Shown one piece after another: positions 44,816-54,926 of a stretch of DNA of 64,000 bases. The stretch comes from a virus: IMG/VR virus record IMGVR_UViG_3300032288_004702, positions 64,001 through 128,000 of that record; one strand, 5' to 3'. Each line of letters starts with the position of its first letter. Within the stretch, counting starts at the first letter, position 1. A program made the translations under genes and the position numbers. The notes below the pieces were generated by a model. The model saw only the letters and a program-made list of their open reading frames with translations. It ran no database searches and was not told the DNA's origin.

Positions 44816-45217
44816 TCAGACCGCCTCGGACTTGGCGGTGGGCTTGACTGCGCCCTTCGCTGGGCGAACCAGCACTCGGACTGACGAGGTGACGGACACG
44901 ACTGCCTTCACGACCTTTGCGGACACCTTGCCTTCCTTCACAGCCCTATCCCATGCGGAAGTGTCCACGGTGGGCTTGGTGACGGTGCGGAACAGCGGTG
45001 CGCTGATGAGTCCACGCAACTTCTCGGTGTCAAACGAACGGCGGTCGCTCGGGCTGACCTTGATGTTGAGTTCGGCATAGTCCAGCGTGTCCACGCCGTG
45101 CTTGGCGTACACAGCCAGCAAGAGTTCACGAGCCTCGTCGTGAGCCTGCTCTGCCTGCTCTCGGGCGGTGAGTGCGTTCAGGAACGCCTCTGTCGCTTCC
45201 AATACTTCCTTCTCCAT
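44816..45217 (-). CDS. Hypothetical protein
   Basis: Follows the conserved promoter and CGAAAGGGG. Confidence 0.7.
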   Translation of the reverse strand: MEKEVLEATEAFLNALTAREQAEQAHDEARELLLAVYAKHGVDTLDYAELNIKVSPSDRRSFDTEKLRGLISAPLFRTVTKPTVDTSAWDRAVKEGKVSAKVVKAVVSVTSSVRVLVRPAKGAVKPTAKSEAV

Positions 45218-45775
45218 TTGGAACCCCTTTCGGTTTGGTTGGTGGAGAACCACACGCCGTGTTGCTTGTGGCTTGGCACAAGCATACACCCCCTCGGACA
45301 GACTTCCCAACTTCGCTTGACACTTATCTACTCCCCCTAGTTCCCCTGCCAGCCAGCCCCACAGGAGTACGGTTATCTACTACGCCCCCGTGTTGCGCCC
45401 ACAGCCCCCCTCGGGGGCGGAGCCCCGCTGGTTTGTCGGTCAAGGCCGGGGCTTCTGCCCAGAACTGCCGTCTAGCCCGAACGGGGGAGTATTAGATAAA
45501 TGGAGATTTATGTTTGGGATTACGAGGGTCGGCTGGCTCGGGTTCGGGAACTGACCTGCGAGGCGAACAGGCTGACTGCCCTTGTGCGCCGTGCCAACGA
45601 GAACACCCGTGCGAGCCTCACTCGTGGCAGTTTCAGAGTTATCTACTCCGACAGTCCTGCCCTTCCCCCGATAGAGAGTAGATAAGTCGTGGAATGGGGA
45701 AAGGGGCTGGCTCACCTTCTTGGCAAGCCAGCCCCTCTCGGGTGAAGTCCTCGGGGGGGGGTGTGAGGAAAGGGG

Positions 45776-46222
45776 TTAGAGGTACTTCACCACGCTGTGG
45801 TAGGTGCTGGTGGACACCACTTCTTGGTCGGACATTTCCAGCACTCGGATAGCGTTCTCCAACGCTTCCTTGTCCTGACGGTACTCCCACTCCTTGTAGA
45901 GGTCAGGTCGCTGTGGCTCTGCCACGAGGATTGCCTTCGGAACTTCCAGCACGAGTTCCACATTGGTTGTCGTGTCGTTCCTGTCGGAATGGTGACGGTA
46001 GTAGTGGGTCTCGGTTGCCTTCTTGGGCTTCGCCTTGCCGTTCTTGACGAGGGCGACAACAGCCTTCGTGAAGTCGGCTTCCCACTTGGCGTGAGCCTTC
46101 TCAAAGTCGGCTTGCGACTTGTCGTTGGTGGCAAAGCGTTCCTCACGCTCTGCGAGTGCCTTACGCAAGGCAGAGATGAGAACGCTCACCTTCACCTTGA
46201 CGCTGATGTTCTTGTTGGACAT
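45776..46222 (-). CDS. Hypothetical protein
   Basis: 148 aa behind the conserved promoter. Confidence 0.7.
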   Translation of the reverse strand: MSNKNISVKVKVSVLISALRKALAEREERFATNDKSQADFEKAHAKWEADFTKAVVALVKNGKAKPKKATETHYYRHHSDRNDTTTNVELVLEVPKAILVAEPQRPDLYKEWEYRQDKEALENAIRVLEMSDQEVVSTSTYHSVVKYL

Positions 46223-46430
46223 TTGGTTTCTCTCCTACCGACAGGGTTGGTGATGTCGGCACACGCACAGTACCACTCGTTGGACAGACTTCCCAAAGTT
46301 ATCTACTACTCCCCCGCGTTCGGTTTGCCCGTGTTTGGAGTGGAGCCCCGGCTGTTCGCCGATAGTCGCGGGGCTTCTGCCCCAAAGTCGGGCTGGCGTG
46401 GCGTGGGGGGTTGGTAGATAAGTCGGGCAG

Positions 46431-46462
46431 TTTCCCACTTTCCCACTTTCCCACTTTCCCAC
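46431..46462. repeat. Tandem repeat (TTTCCCAC)x4
   Basis: Read directly from the sequence. Confidence 0.9.
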
Positions 46463-46577
46463 ATTTGGACTTATCTACTCTCCCCTGCGCTCGCCTCAAT
46501 GGAGTAGATAAGTAGATAAATGACGAAGCCCCCAACAGTCGGGGGGTGACTGTCGGGGGCTTGCGCCGTGCTGGGGG

Positions 46578-47045
46578 TCAGCGTTCGCTTGCGCCTTGTG
46601 AAACGAACTTCTTGATGGCGTCTGCGAGTGAGCCTGTGGCTTCGCCAGGGTCGGTGATAGGTTCGTTCGGCTCGTCTTGGAAACGGAGAACGCTCGCCAC
46701 GCTCTGACGGTTCGCCACGACAGCGAGACGGACACGCCTACGGAGTGCGTGTTGCGAAGGTGCGCCTTCCACTTCGCCGTTGGCATTGAGTGGGGCAGCC
46801 CAACCTGTCGTCACGACAAGCGTGTAGGCGAAGCCCGAAGCCACGACTGCGTTCTTGGTGTCAGCCAGCAGGTCGTACACATCGGCGTGTGAGGTGATGA
46901 AGTCAATGACGACTTCGCCCTTGTCACCGAAGTGAACGCCGTAGAGCCGTGCGCCTTCCAGCGAGTAAGGGTCGTACTTGGGTGTCTCCCCAAGCAGGTC
47001 GTGGAGTTTGCTCTCCACCTGTTCGGCAATCTGAACCGTGTCCAT
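46578..47045 (-). CDS. Hypothetical protein
   Basis: TTGWAAP...PSQHALRRRVRL; follows promoter and RBS. Confidence 0.7.
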   Translation of the reverse strand: MDTVQIAEQVESKLHDLLGETPKYDPYSLEGARLYGVHFGDKGEVVIDFITSHADVYDLLADTKNAVVASGFAYTLVVTTGWAAPLNANGEVEGAPSQHALRRRVRLAVVANRQSVASVLRFQDEPNEPITDPGEATGSLADAIKKFVSQGASER

Positions 47046-47392
47046 GTTGTTCCCCTTTCGGAATGGTTGGTAGGACACCGTCAGCGTACCACGCTGGGGA
47101 CAGGCTTCCCAAACTTATCTACTCGGTTCTTCCACCACCGTCATTCATTTGAGAGAGTGGGCAGAGACAGCCCTTGGGAAATCCCGACTTATCTACCACG
47201 CCCCCGTGTGGTGGCTCGCCCCAGCCCCAGCCCCCGTTCGGGGTCGGAGCCCCGGCGTCTCCAAGCGAAGCGGGGCTCCTGCCCCAACTTTGGGTCAGAC
47301 GAACAGGTGTTCGGTCTGTGGGGTCGGGGACTTATCTACTCCCCCAATGGAAAGGGGGGCAGGGGGAGTAGATAAGACCCGAACGCCTAGCC

Positions 47393-47689
47393 CTACGGTG
47401 TGGTAGGGCGAGGCGAGGCTATGGGCAGGTGAATGGTCTGCCATGTGTCTATGTCCGTGCCGTACATGGCTACGAGTGTGTCAATGACGGCAGACACTTC
47501 GCCCGAACAATGGGCGTGGGCGATGTCGTAGATAGTGTCCCCACTCTCCACATTCACGGTAGGCGTATCGCACGAGTAGCGAGGTGGCTCGGTCACTTGA
47601 CGGACAGACCACAAGGCGACCCACGCTAGGGCGATGATGAGAGGCGAGAACACCACGAAACGGCGCACGATGAACTTATCTACTCTCAT
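47393..47689 (-). CDS. Membrane-anchored LysM-like protein
   Basis: TM helix, then VESGDTIYDIA...IDTWQTIHLP. Confidence 0.65.
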   Translation of the reverse strand: MRVDKFIVRRFVVFSPLIIALAWVALWSVRQVTEPPRYSCDTPTVNVESGDTIYDIAHAHCSGEVSAVIDTLVAMYGTDIDTWQTIHLPIASPRPTTP

Positions 47690-48135
47690 GCTTCCACCTC
47701 TTTGAGTGCGATGCTCTCCCACGGAAATGCGTTCTCGTACACCGTCACATCGTTGCCGTTCTCGTCTCGCTCAATGCGCCGAACTTCCAGAATGGTGTCG
47801 TGAATGATGTAGAGCCATTCAGCCCATGCGAGGTCTGTGTCGTTCTGTGTGAACGGCTCGGTGTCCTCTATGGTCACATCGGTGTGGGCGTATCCGTAGC
47901 CCTCAACGAGTGCGTGTTGTTCGTAGAGGTTCGGCACTCCACTCTTTGCGAGTGGCTCTATTTGTGACCATGAAGGCGTGTCGGTGATGAGTGTCTGAAT
48001 GACCTTATCTACTCCGTCTCGGGTAACTAGTTCGCCCAAGACATAGACCATGCGCTCGGGATAGTTGTCCCAATGGGTGTAGCGACCTTCCCACCCCTCG
48101 CTAGTTGCTCTCGCAACTATTCCTCGTGTTGCCAT
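47686..48135 (-). CDS. Conserved phage hypothetical protein
   Basis: MATRGIV...YTHWDNYPE...AEWLY. Confidence 0.7.
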   Translation of the reverse strand: MATRGIVARATSEGWEGRYTHWDNYPERMVYVLGELVTRDGVDKVIQTLITDTPSWSQIEPLAKSGVPNLYEQHALVEGYGYAHTDVTIEDTEPFTQNDTDLAWAEWLYIIHDTILEVRRIERDENGNDVTVYENAFPWESIALKEVEA

Positions 48136-48589
48136 TGTTGTCCCTTTCGTTTCGGTTGGTAGTGGACACCAGAACTGTACCACGCACGGCACAGGCTTCC
48201 CAACTTCGCAAGATGTGGAGAGTTATCTACTACCCCCCCGTGTTCTCGGCACAGCCAGCCAGCCCGAGTTGTGGCAAGAAGCCCCGCTTCGCTACCCGAA
48301 CCGGCCGGGGCTCCTGCCCTAAACTGCCGTGGGCAGGTGAACGGGGGAGTCGTAGATAAGTTGGCAGTTCAGCCCGATTCTCTTTGTCCCGATTCGGTGG
48401 CGGTTGGCGGTGGCGCACCACACAGCCACGCACACGCCCGACAAGCCTCTCGCATGAGACTCACGCAAGCGCACACGCACCCCGACAGCCTCGCCATGAG
48501 AGTAGATAAGTGTCGGGGGCAGGCGCACGAACACGGACTCACCCACCCTGCCCGTGCGCTAGGCAGAGTAGATAAGTCCGTGTCTTGGG

Positions 48590-48859
48590 TCAGTCTTGGC
48601 AGGTACAGGCGGGGAACTCGGCGGTGATTCCGTTCAGGTACTTGACATGGGCAACGGCGCAAGCCTTGTCCTTTGCCAGCCACGGCGTGTAGGGGTCGTC
48701 CTCTTTCGTGAGAAACTCGCCGTCAGAGCCTTCCACGCCGATAGCCCACGCCGTACCAACGCCGTCAGGGGTAATGAGCGTTATCGGCTCAACGAAGTAC
48801 CACGGAGACGGAACGCTCGGGGTCGGTGCGGAAATGGGATTCAGGGTACTGATGTTCAT
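48590..48859 (-). CDS. Hypothetical protein (leaderless)
   Basis: ATG lies 6 nt after the conserved -10 box. Confidence 0.55.
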   Translation of the reverse strand: MNISTLNPISAPTPSVPSPWYFVEPITLITPDGVGTAWAIGVEGSDGEFLTKEDDPYTPWLAKDKACAVAHVKYLNGITAEFPACTCQD

Positions 48860-48925
48860 GCCATGAGTGTACCACTAGGGGTACAGACTTCCGAAAGTTA
48901 TCTACTCCCCTAGCGGGGGACTTAT

Positions 48926-49324
48926 CTACTCGGATTCGTCTGCCACCAACGGGCGCACCACGCTTGCGCTACCCGTAGGTGCGTCATGGTGGGACAGCGA
49001 GAACTCAACTCGGTCAGCGAACACTTCGTAGCGGAGAATCCATTCGCTATTGACGGTGATTCCACGCACGAACTCGGCAACCGTGGTGGCACGGAAGATA
49101 GCGTCAAAGTCTCCGTTCCAGAGACGGACAGCCTCAACTCGGAACCATTCGGACTGTGCGAGGATTCCCTTCACGCACTCGCCAAAGAACTCCAACTCGG
49201 AATCCCAACAGTCTCCGAAACAGTCGGAAGTCGGCAGGAACTCACCCGTCGTTTCGTCAAGTACGGAACAGGTACAGGTATTCGTCAGTTCGCCGTAGGC
49301 GATTCGTGTCTCGGTGGTGGTCAT
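48926..49324 (-). CDS. Hypothetical protein
   Basis: CTC..CFGDCW..SHHDAPTG; follows the conserved promoter. Confidence 0.7.
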   Translation of the reverse strand: MTTTETRIAYGELTNTCTCSVLDETTGEFLPTSDCFGDCWDSELEFFGECVKGILAQSEWFRVEAVRLWNGDFDAIFRATTVAEFVRGITVNSEWILRYEVFADRVEFSLSHHDAPTGSASVVRPLVADESE

Positions 49325-49583
49325 GTCCAAGCCTTTCGGTTGTGTTGGTGGGACAGCCACAGAGTACCACGCACGGGACAGACTTCCCATTCTCGGACTT
49401 ATCTACTATCCCCCCGTGTTGCGCCTGCCCCCACTTGGGGTGGGAGCCCCGGCCCTGCCGAGCGCAGCGGGGCTTCTCCCCCGAAGGCAACGCCTCGGCG
49501 CACGGGGGAATGGTAGATAACTCCCATCAAAGTTTCTTTCTCGGCGTTTGACATTCGGACACGCAACGCACCTTCTACTAAGT

Positions 49584-49784
49584 GTGAAACGCTACTACTT
49601 CCGACATTGTGGTTCTCTCCACCCCGTAGACCGTGACATGGTGTTCGGCAAAGACGGCAAGCCAAAGGACTACCACCCACTCGTGGGTTGCCCTGTGTGC
49701 CGAAAGATTTGCTGGCTGTCCCATGTGACGGAGATAGGGGAAGACGACACGCCCGACACGGAGACAGACGGCGAGACAGAGTAG
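49584..49784 (+). CDS. Small Zn-ribbon-like protein
   Basis: HCG...CPVC; stop lies inside GTAGATAA. Confidence 0.45.
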   Translation: MKRYYFRHCGSLHPVDRDMVFGKDGKPKDYHPLVGCPVCRKICWLSHVTEIGEDDTPDTETDGETE

Positions 49785-49852
49785 ATAACTTCGGGCGCAG
49801 ACTTATCTACTCCCATTCACGCCACGAACGAGAGTAGATAAGTCGGGCGAGG

Positions 49853-50155
49853 CTATTCGCTCTCGCAACGCCCACAGAGGTAGTCAGCACCCCAAGCGTC
49901 ACCAATGTAAGTGCCGTGCTTACAGTAGAGGCTCTTCTCGTACTCACGCTCACGCTCAATGAGAGCCTCGCAACGCTCGTAGTACGCCTCGTAGTGCTTC
50001 TCGCAACGGGGGAACACTACGAACGCACCGTTCCCACGCCAGCGCACGGGGTGGGTCAAGCGGTACTCCACCACGCCTTCGCACGGGCTGTCCTCGTGGT
50101 GGTGGTCAAGGCAGTCCTCGTGCGTGAGTTCGGGAGTCTCGTGGTCAATGCTCAT
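49853..50155 (-). CDS. Cys/His-rich hypothetical protein
   Basis: 100 aa ORF. Confidence 0.55.
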   Translation of the reverse strand: MSIDHETPELTHEDCLDHHHEDSPCEGVVEYRLTHPVRWRGNGAFVVFPRCEKHYEAYYERCEALIEREREYEKSLYCKHGTYIGDAWGADYLCGRCESE

Positions 50156-50157
50156 GG

Positions 50158-50337
50158 TTATTCTTCCCCTTCTTCGGTGTCGTCTTCTTCGTACTCGTCT
50201 TCTTCGTAGAAGTCAGAGTCGTAGTCAGGCTCGTCTGCGTAGTAATCGGCGTAGCGGTCTTCGTGCGCCTTTATGTACGGTGCTTCCTCGTTCCAATGCT
50301 CGTAATCAGACGGGCTGGAATGGCGTTCGTTCGGCAT
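50158..50337 (-). CDS. 59-aa highly acidic protein
   Basis: Hand translation MPNERHSSPSDYEHWNEEAPY...DEPDYDSDFYEEDEYEEDDTEEGEE. Confidence 0.55.
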   Translation of the reverse strand: MPNERHSSPSDYEHWNEEAPYIKAHEDRYADYYADEPDYDSDFYEEDEYEEDDTEEGEE

Positions 50338-50354
50338 GACTTATCTACTCCCTT

Positions 50355-50843
50355 TCAGACTTTCTTCGCACACACTGGACCGATACCACGCTCAATGCTC
50401 GTGGGGTCGGTGAGTTCCGCACCGCACACGACACACACGCCGTGTTGTGCGCCCAACTCAACCGCTTCTGCGAGGGTAATGCGGTGTTCGGGCGTGAGGC
50501 TGTAAATAGCACCACGCTCGTAAGAGAAACGCTCGGACTTGCGCTCTGCGTCAGGCACGAAACGCTCGGCGTAGAAACGACCTGCCTTGCTCTGCTTCAC
50601 ACGGAACACGCCCTCGTCATTGCGATAGATACCGCACTCGGTGACGGGGTTCGCTTCGCTCTTGACACGCTGTGCGTCACGCTCACGGTCACGCTCAATG
50701 CCACGCAGAACGGCGAGTATCTGCTTCTCGGACAGAACGCCCTTGCGCTCAAACTGCTGGAACAGGCTCGCATAGAACTCGTTGCGAGTGTGGTTCGCTC
50801 GCAAGTAGTCATACGCCTTGTCAAAGTCGGCTGGTGTGGTCAT
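50355..50843 (-). CDS. DUF6011-like Zn-binding protein
   Basis: CVVCGAELTDPTSIERGIGPVCAKK. Confidence 0.75.
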   Translation of the reverse strand: MTTPADFDKAYDYLRANHTRNEFYASLFQQFERKGVLSEKQILAVLRGIERDRERDAQRVKSEANPVTECGIYRNDEGVFRVKQSKAGRFYAERFVPDAERKSERFSYERGAIYSLTPEHRITLAEAVELGAQHGVCVVCGAELTDPTSIERGIGPVCAKKV

Positions 50844-51291
50844 GGTGTCCCCTTTCGTTGGTACGCCCAAACTGTACCACGCACGGGACAGGCTTCCGTG
50901 AGTTATCTACTCTGCTTGTGGGTCGTTCGGCGGTCGGAGTTATCTACTCCGTCAGGTGGGGGCTGGGGCTGTGTCAGGGCGTGGGGCTGTGCCGTAGGGC
51001 GGTCGCCGTCAGGCGCACGACTTATCTACCACGCCCCCGTTCACCGCCACACCCCGTGTGGGGGTGTGGGGGCGGAGCCCCGCAGGGTACGGCGCAGCCG
51101 GGGCTCCCGCCCCGAACTCGGCGCACCGAGCACACGGGGGATTAGTAGATAACTCTCATCAAACAGCCCTAGCCAAACACGCCACAGACACACTCTGCCT
51201 AATCGGGAAATAAATGTCCCATTCCGACACTTAGAGCACCTTCTAGTAAATGAGACCTTGTATTAGGCGTGAGACAGAAAGAGAGAAATAA

Positions 51292-51528
51292 ATGATTCGT
51301 GACCGATACGACCAAGAGACCCATGTCGGAGAAGTCTTGTATGACGAGATTCGTGACGGGTTCATTTGCGCCTACTGCCTAGACGACTTCACCCATTCGC
51401 AACTACACGCAACCTACGGTGGCAACATCCTGCCGATTACCGTGCGTCTATCACGCAAGTTTCTCAAAGCATTACGCAACGAGCCGTGCCTAATCTGCGA
51501 CCTGCCGTGTTCACGATTCGTGGACTAA
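51292..51528 (+). CDS. Small Cys-rich protein
   Basis: CAYC...CLIC; purine-rich RBS. Confidence 0.5.
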   Translation: MIRDRYDQETHVGEVLYDEIRDGFICAYCLDDFTHSQLHATYGGNILPITVRLSRKFLKALRNEPCLICDLPCSRFVD

Positions 51529-51591
51529 CGCCGAGACTTATCTACCCCCAATGGAACGCACCCAAAGAGAGTAGATAAGTCTGCGAGAGCG

Positions 51592-52116
51592 TCAGCAGAT
51601 AGAGAAACCGCCTGATTCTGCGAGGAAGTCTGCGAACTCACGGACATTCTCTTCGGAGAAGGGGTAGGACATCCCGAACGACTCCCGTGTGCCAATGCCG
51701 TTACAGCCATTACACCAGCCGTGTGTGCGACCCGTGAGAATCTGAATCTCCGTCGGGAGTTCTTTCGTGGGTTGCCCCATGTCCTCGCCAATAGCGTCGG
51801 TGCGGATTCCCGTTGCGCCACAGAGGTCACAGTCCTCACGAGGAAGGCTCGCAAGGTACTCACGGTGCTTCTGTTCGTATTGAGTGGTGCGACCAGACGA
51901 GAGTTCCTCACGGAGAATCTCTGCGAGAGCGAGAGCCATGACTCCGTCAAGACCTGCGCCGTCGTTGTAGTGACCACTCTCTGCGAGCGATTCGCCAATG
52001 ACTTCTTCTGCCACTCCACAGCAGTAGTCCCACAGGGGTCGCCACCACCACACATTGTTGCGGAAGTACTCGCCCCTCTTGCTGGTCGGGTTCTTCCCGT
52101 ACACATCCATTCCCAT
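51592..52116 (-). CDS. Conserved hypothetical protein with a DnaJ-type Zn finger insert
   Basis: MGMDVYG..YFRNNVWWWRPLW..CDLCGATG..CNGCNGIG..SGGFSIC. Confidence 0.7.
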   Translation of the reverse strand: MGMDVYGKNPTSKRGEYFRNNVWWWRPLWDYCCGVAEEVIGESLAESGHYNDGAGLDGVMALALAEILREELSSGRTTQYEQKHREYLASLPREDCDLCGATGIRTDAIGEDMGQPTKELPTEIQILTGRTHGWCNGCNGIGTRESFGMSYPFSEENVREFADFLAESGGFSIC

Positions 52117-52539
52117 TGTCTTGCCCCTTTCGGCTTGTTGGACACACAGAGAGTACCACCAACGGGTCAGGCTTCCGAAAGTTATCTACCACTCCCCCGA
52201 CACACAGCATGCTGTTGTTTGGGGCAGGAGCCCCGCTGGGGCAAGGCATTGTGCCGGGGCTCCTCAGTTCGGCTCGCCTCCTCGCGCGCGATGCCGTGAG
52301 ACTTATCTACTCTCGGTCATCGCACCCGTGGGGGCAGGCTCCCGAAATGGGAACCTCTCCGCACTCCCAGCATTGGACACGGTTCGCCCAGTCCCTCTCA
52401 CGAGCCTGCTCTGCGAGGTCGGCAGCGATGACCTGCTGACAGGGCTGGCAACGAATCGCCTGCCCATCGCACGAGCAGTCATCGGGAATCGGGAACTCTC
52501 CCGAATCATCGGGAATCGGGGTGTTGTGAATCGCTCGCA

Positions 52540-53019
52540 TTAGAACGCTCCTTCTTTGTCTGCGAGGAACTCCTCGTAGCGTTCCTCATCTGTCTTGTGC
52601 TCCTCGGACACCCACTCGTGACCGTTGGAGCAACGCCAACCGACATCAACGCCGTCACGAACAATGGGCTCAACTTCGCCGTGGCATGGAACGATGTTCC
52701 ACAGGTCTGACGGCTGGTCAGGCTCGGGATTACCCGAAGGGACTTCCACCTGCCAGTCGCAGAGAGGAGTCCAACCGATAGAGGCACAACGGAACGCTTG
52801 TCCATCTACTTCCACGACATCTCCGACAGAGAGTGCTGTGTGTGTGCGGTCTTCCCACAGCAGGGGCTCAATGATGTCCCACAGCGAACCCTGGTAGCGG
52901 TTGGTGTCCGCAAACACTCGGTCGCAAATAGCGAGTGCTGAGTCATGCGTGTCAAGTACGAACTCAACGAATGAGTCGCCTCCGAATGCGCTCCATGTGA
53001 CTTTGATGTTCTTCTTCAT
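52540..53019 (-). CDS. YodL-like domain protein
   Basis: RTHTALSVGDVVEVDGQAFRCASIGW. Confidence 0.6.
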   Translation of the reverse strand: MKKNIKVTWSAFGGDSFVEFVLDTHDSALAICDRVFADTNRYQGSLWDIIEPLLWEDRTHTALSVGDVVEVDGQAFRCASIGWTPLCDWQVEVPSGNPEPDQPSDLWNIVPCHGEVEPIVRDGVDVGWRCSNGHEWVSEEHKTDEERYEEFLADKEGAF

Positions 53020-53301
53020 TGGTGTTTCCCCTTTCGGGCAGGTGGCTCCTGCCCACCAGAAATGTACCACTAAGAGGACAGGCTTCCGAAAGTTATCTAC
53101 TACATCCCCGTGTGGTGTGCTGTCGCGCGGGAGAAAGCCCCGCGTTGCTCGGCGAGATAGCCGGGGCTTCCGCCCAGAACTGGCGCACGGCCGTGCTGTG
53201 AACGGGGGAGTCGTAGATAAGTCGCACACTTGGGAAGGCTGTACCTATTGAGGTATGCTTCGGGTGGCCATTCGGCCGTATCCAACGAAAGGGGATAGCA
53301 A

Positions 53302-53904
53302 ATGAAGGTATTGGAAGTCAGCGCACGAAAGGGTGGCGTCGGCACAACGACTGTGGCCTGCGCTCTCGCACTCAAACTCGCAGAGCACAACCGAGACAAG
53401 GTTCTGCTCATTGACACTTCGGAGAACACCGAAGCGTTCTCTGTTCTTGGCGTCGCAAACCCCATTGGGCGAAACTCCATCTCGTTCGGTGAGCACAACC
53501 TGACAGTCGTGAACATTCCACTCGCAGAAGTGAACAACGGCCTGTCTGTCTCGCAATACGAGTTCGTCGTCATTGACGCTGGCAAGAGTGAAGTAGATAA
53601 GTCATACTTCGGCCTGACTCCGTTCCGTGTGGCCGTCGTGCGTAACTCGTACCTCTCACTTCGGGCCGAGTCCATAACACGAGCGAGCAAAGACGCAGTC
53701 GTCTCCATTCACGACGACAAGAATGTCCTGACTGTCGGTGACACCGAGAATGTGCTTCGTGGGTCAGCCGTTACCGTTCTCCCTCTTGACGAGGCCATCT
53801 CTCGTGCCATTGACGCAGGCCTGTTCTCGTCTCGTGCGAACCTGTGGAGCAAGACGGCAGACGAGTTCGTTCGTCGTCACGAACTCTCCACGGCCTCGGT
53901 CTAG
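53302..53904 (+). CDS. ParA/MinD-family P-loop protein
   Basis: Deviant Walker A KGGVGTTT, VLLID, VVIDAG. Confidence 0.75.
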   Translation: MKVLEVSARKGGVGTTTVACALALKLAEHNRDKVLLIDTSENTEAFSVLGVANPIGRNSISFGEHNLTVVNIPLAEVNNGLSVSQYEFVVIDAGKSEVDKSYFGLTPFRVAVVRNSYLSLRAESITRASKDAVVSIHDDKNVLTVGDTENVLRGSAVTVLPLDEAISRAIDAGLFSSRANLWSKTADEFVRRHELSTASV

Positions 53905-54127
53905 TCCGAAGGCCCACCTACTCAGAGTAGATAACTCTCGGTGGGTGGGCCGAAGGGCAGAGAAAGCCCCGCTACGCTCCCCCGAAGCTGCCGGGGCTCC
54001 TGCCCGAAAGTCGGGGGCGACATCCAGCGCACGGGGGAGTGGTAGATAAGTTCGGGATTTGGGAAGGCTGTCCGTGCTGTGGTACATTCGTGTCGCCAGC
54101 AACCACCAACCGAAAGGCAGGCACACA

Positions 54128-54556
54128 ATGTCCGAAGTCACCCCACTCCACCCGCTGACCACATCGGTCGAGCGCAACTACCCGACCGTCAAGCCCGAAA
54201 CGCTCTTGGAGCGTGGCGAGTTCCTGTCTGCCATTCTCGGTTCGGCATGGGAGTCATGGGACTGGTGGAAGGCTGTGGACTACACCGCACCGTTTGACTG
54301 GGACAACCACCCCAAGACGAACGACCGCCCATTCCTGACCATCTTGGCAGACGACCCCGATGGTGACGAGGGCGAGACCGTGAAGGTCTCTCTCACCGTG
54401 GCAGACCTCTACGAGGCATACATCTCGGTCTGCTCTGCCAACAGCGAGGACTTGGGCTACTACGAGAACTACGGAATCCACGACCTTGACTTGGACGCCA
54501 TTGAGGGCGACCACATCATTCAGTTCGCCGTGTTCGGAACGCTCATCTACGGCTGA
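54128..54556 (+). CDS. Hypothetical protein
   Basis: Ends in DAIEGDHIIQFAVFGTLIYG; follows the conserved promoter. Confidence 0.7.
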   Translation: MSEVTPLHPLTTSVERNYPTVKPETLLERGEFLSAILGSAWESWDWWKAVDYTAPFDWDNHPKTNDRPFLTILADDPDGDEGETVKVSLTVADLYEAYISVCSANSEDLGYYENYGIHDLDLDAIEGDHIIQFAVFGTLIYG

Positions 54557-54662
54557 CCGTAGGGGAGTAGATAAGTCCCCTATCGGAGTAGATAAGTTTC
54601 GGAAGTCTGTCCTACCCGTGGTACATTATGGGTAGCCACCAACCAACCGAAAGGAACGGCAC

Positions 54663-54926
54663 ATGAAACAGCGCAAAGTGTTCACACACGAGGAAGTCAT
54701 CGCACTTCTCTGCTCGCCTAGCCCGAAGGCAGAGGCAGTCCTGCTCTATCTGACGACAGTCAAGCAGGCAACGACAGGCGAGATAGCGAAGGCTCTCTGC
54801 TGGGACAAGAGCAACACGGGTCGCAGGCTGGAAGCACTTGCCGAGGACGGATTCGTAGAGTGCGTAGACGACAGCCACCACGAGGGCAACAGGGGTCGCC
54901 CTGCCCGACTGTGGAGAGTCCTCTAA
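54663..54926 (+). CDS. Winged-helix (TrmB/ArsR-like) protein
   Basis: ATTGEIAKALCWDKSNTGRRLEALAEDGFV...GRPARLW. Confidence 0.75.
   Translation: MKQRKVFTHEEVIALLCSPSPKAEAVLLYLTTVKQATTGEIAKALCWDKSNTGRRLEALAEDGFVECVDDSHHEGNRGRPARLWRVL

Larger units (their letters stand above)
30733..47143 (-). promoter_or_regulatory. Ten copies of the oriented motif TGACGGTGGYGGAAGA
   Basis: At 30733, 31042, 32513, 33206, 34529, 35017, 39284, 41768, 43451, 47128; all on the minus strand. Confidence 0.8.

Noticed and set aside
52480-52521. Direct repeat CATCGGGAATCGGG
   Set aside because: Only two copies, coding for a PIPDD peptide duplication; no further significance visible.
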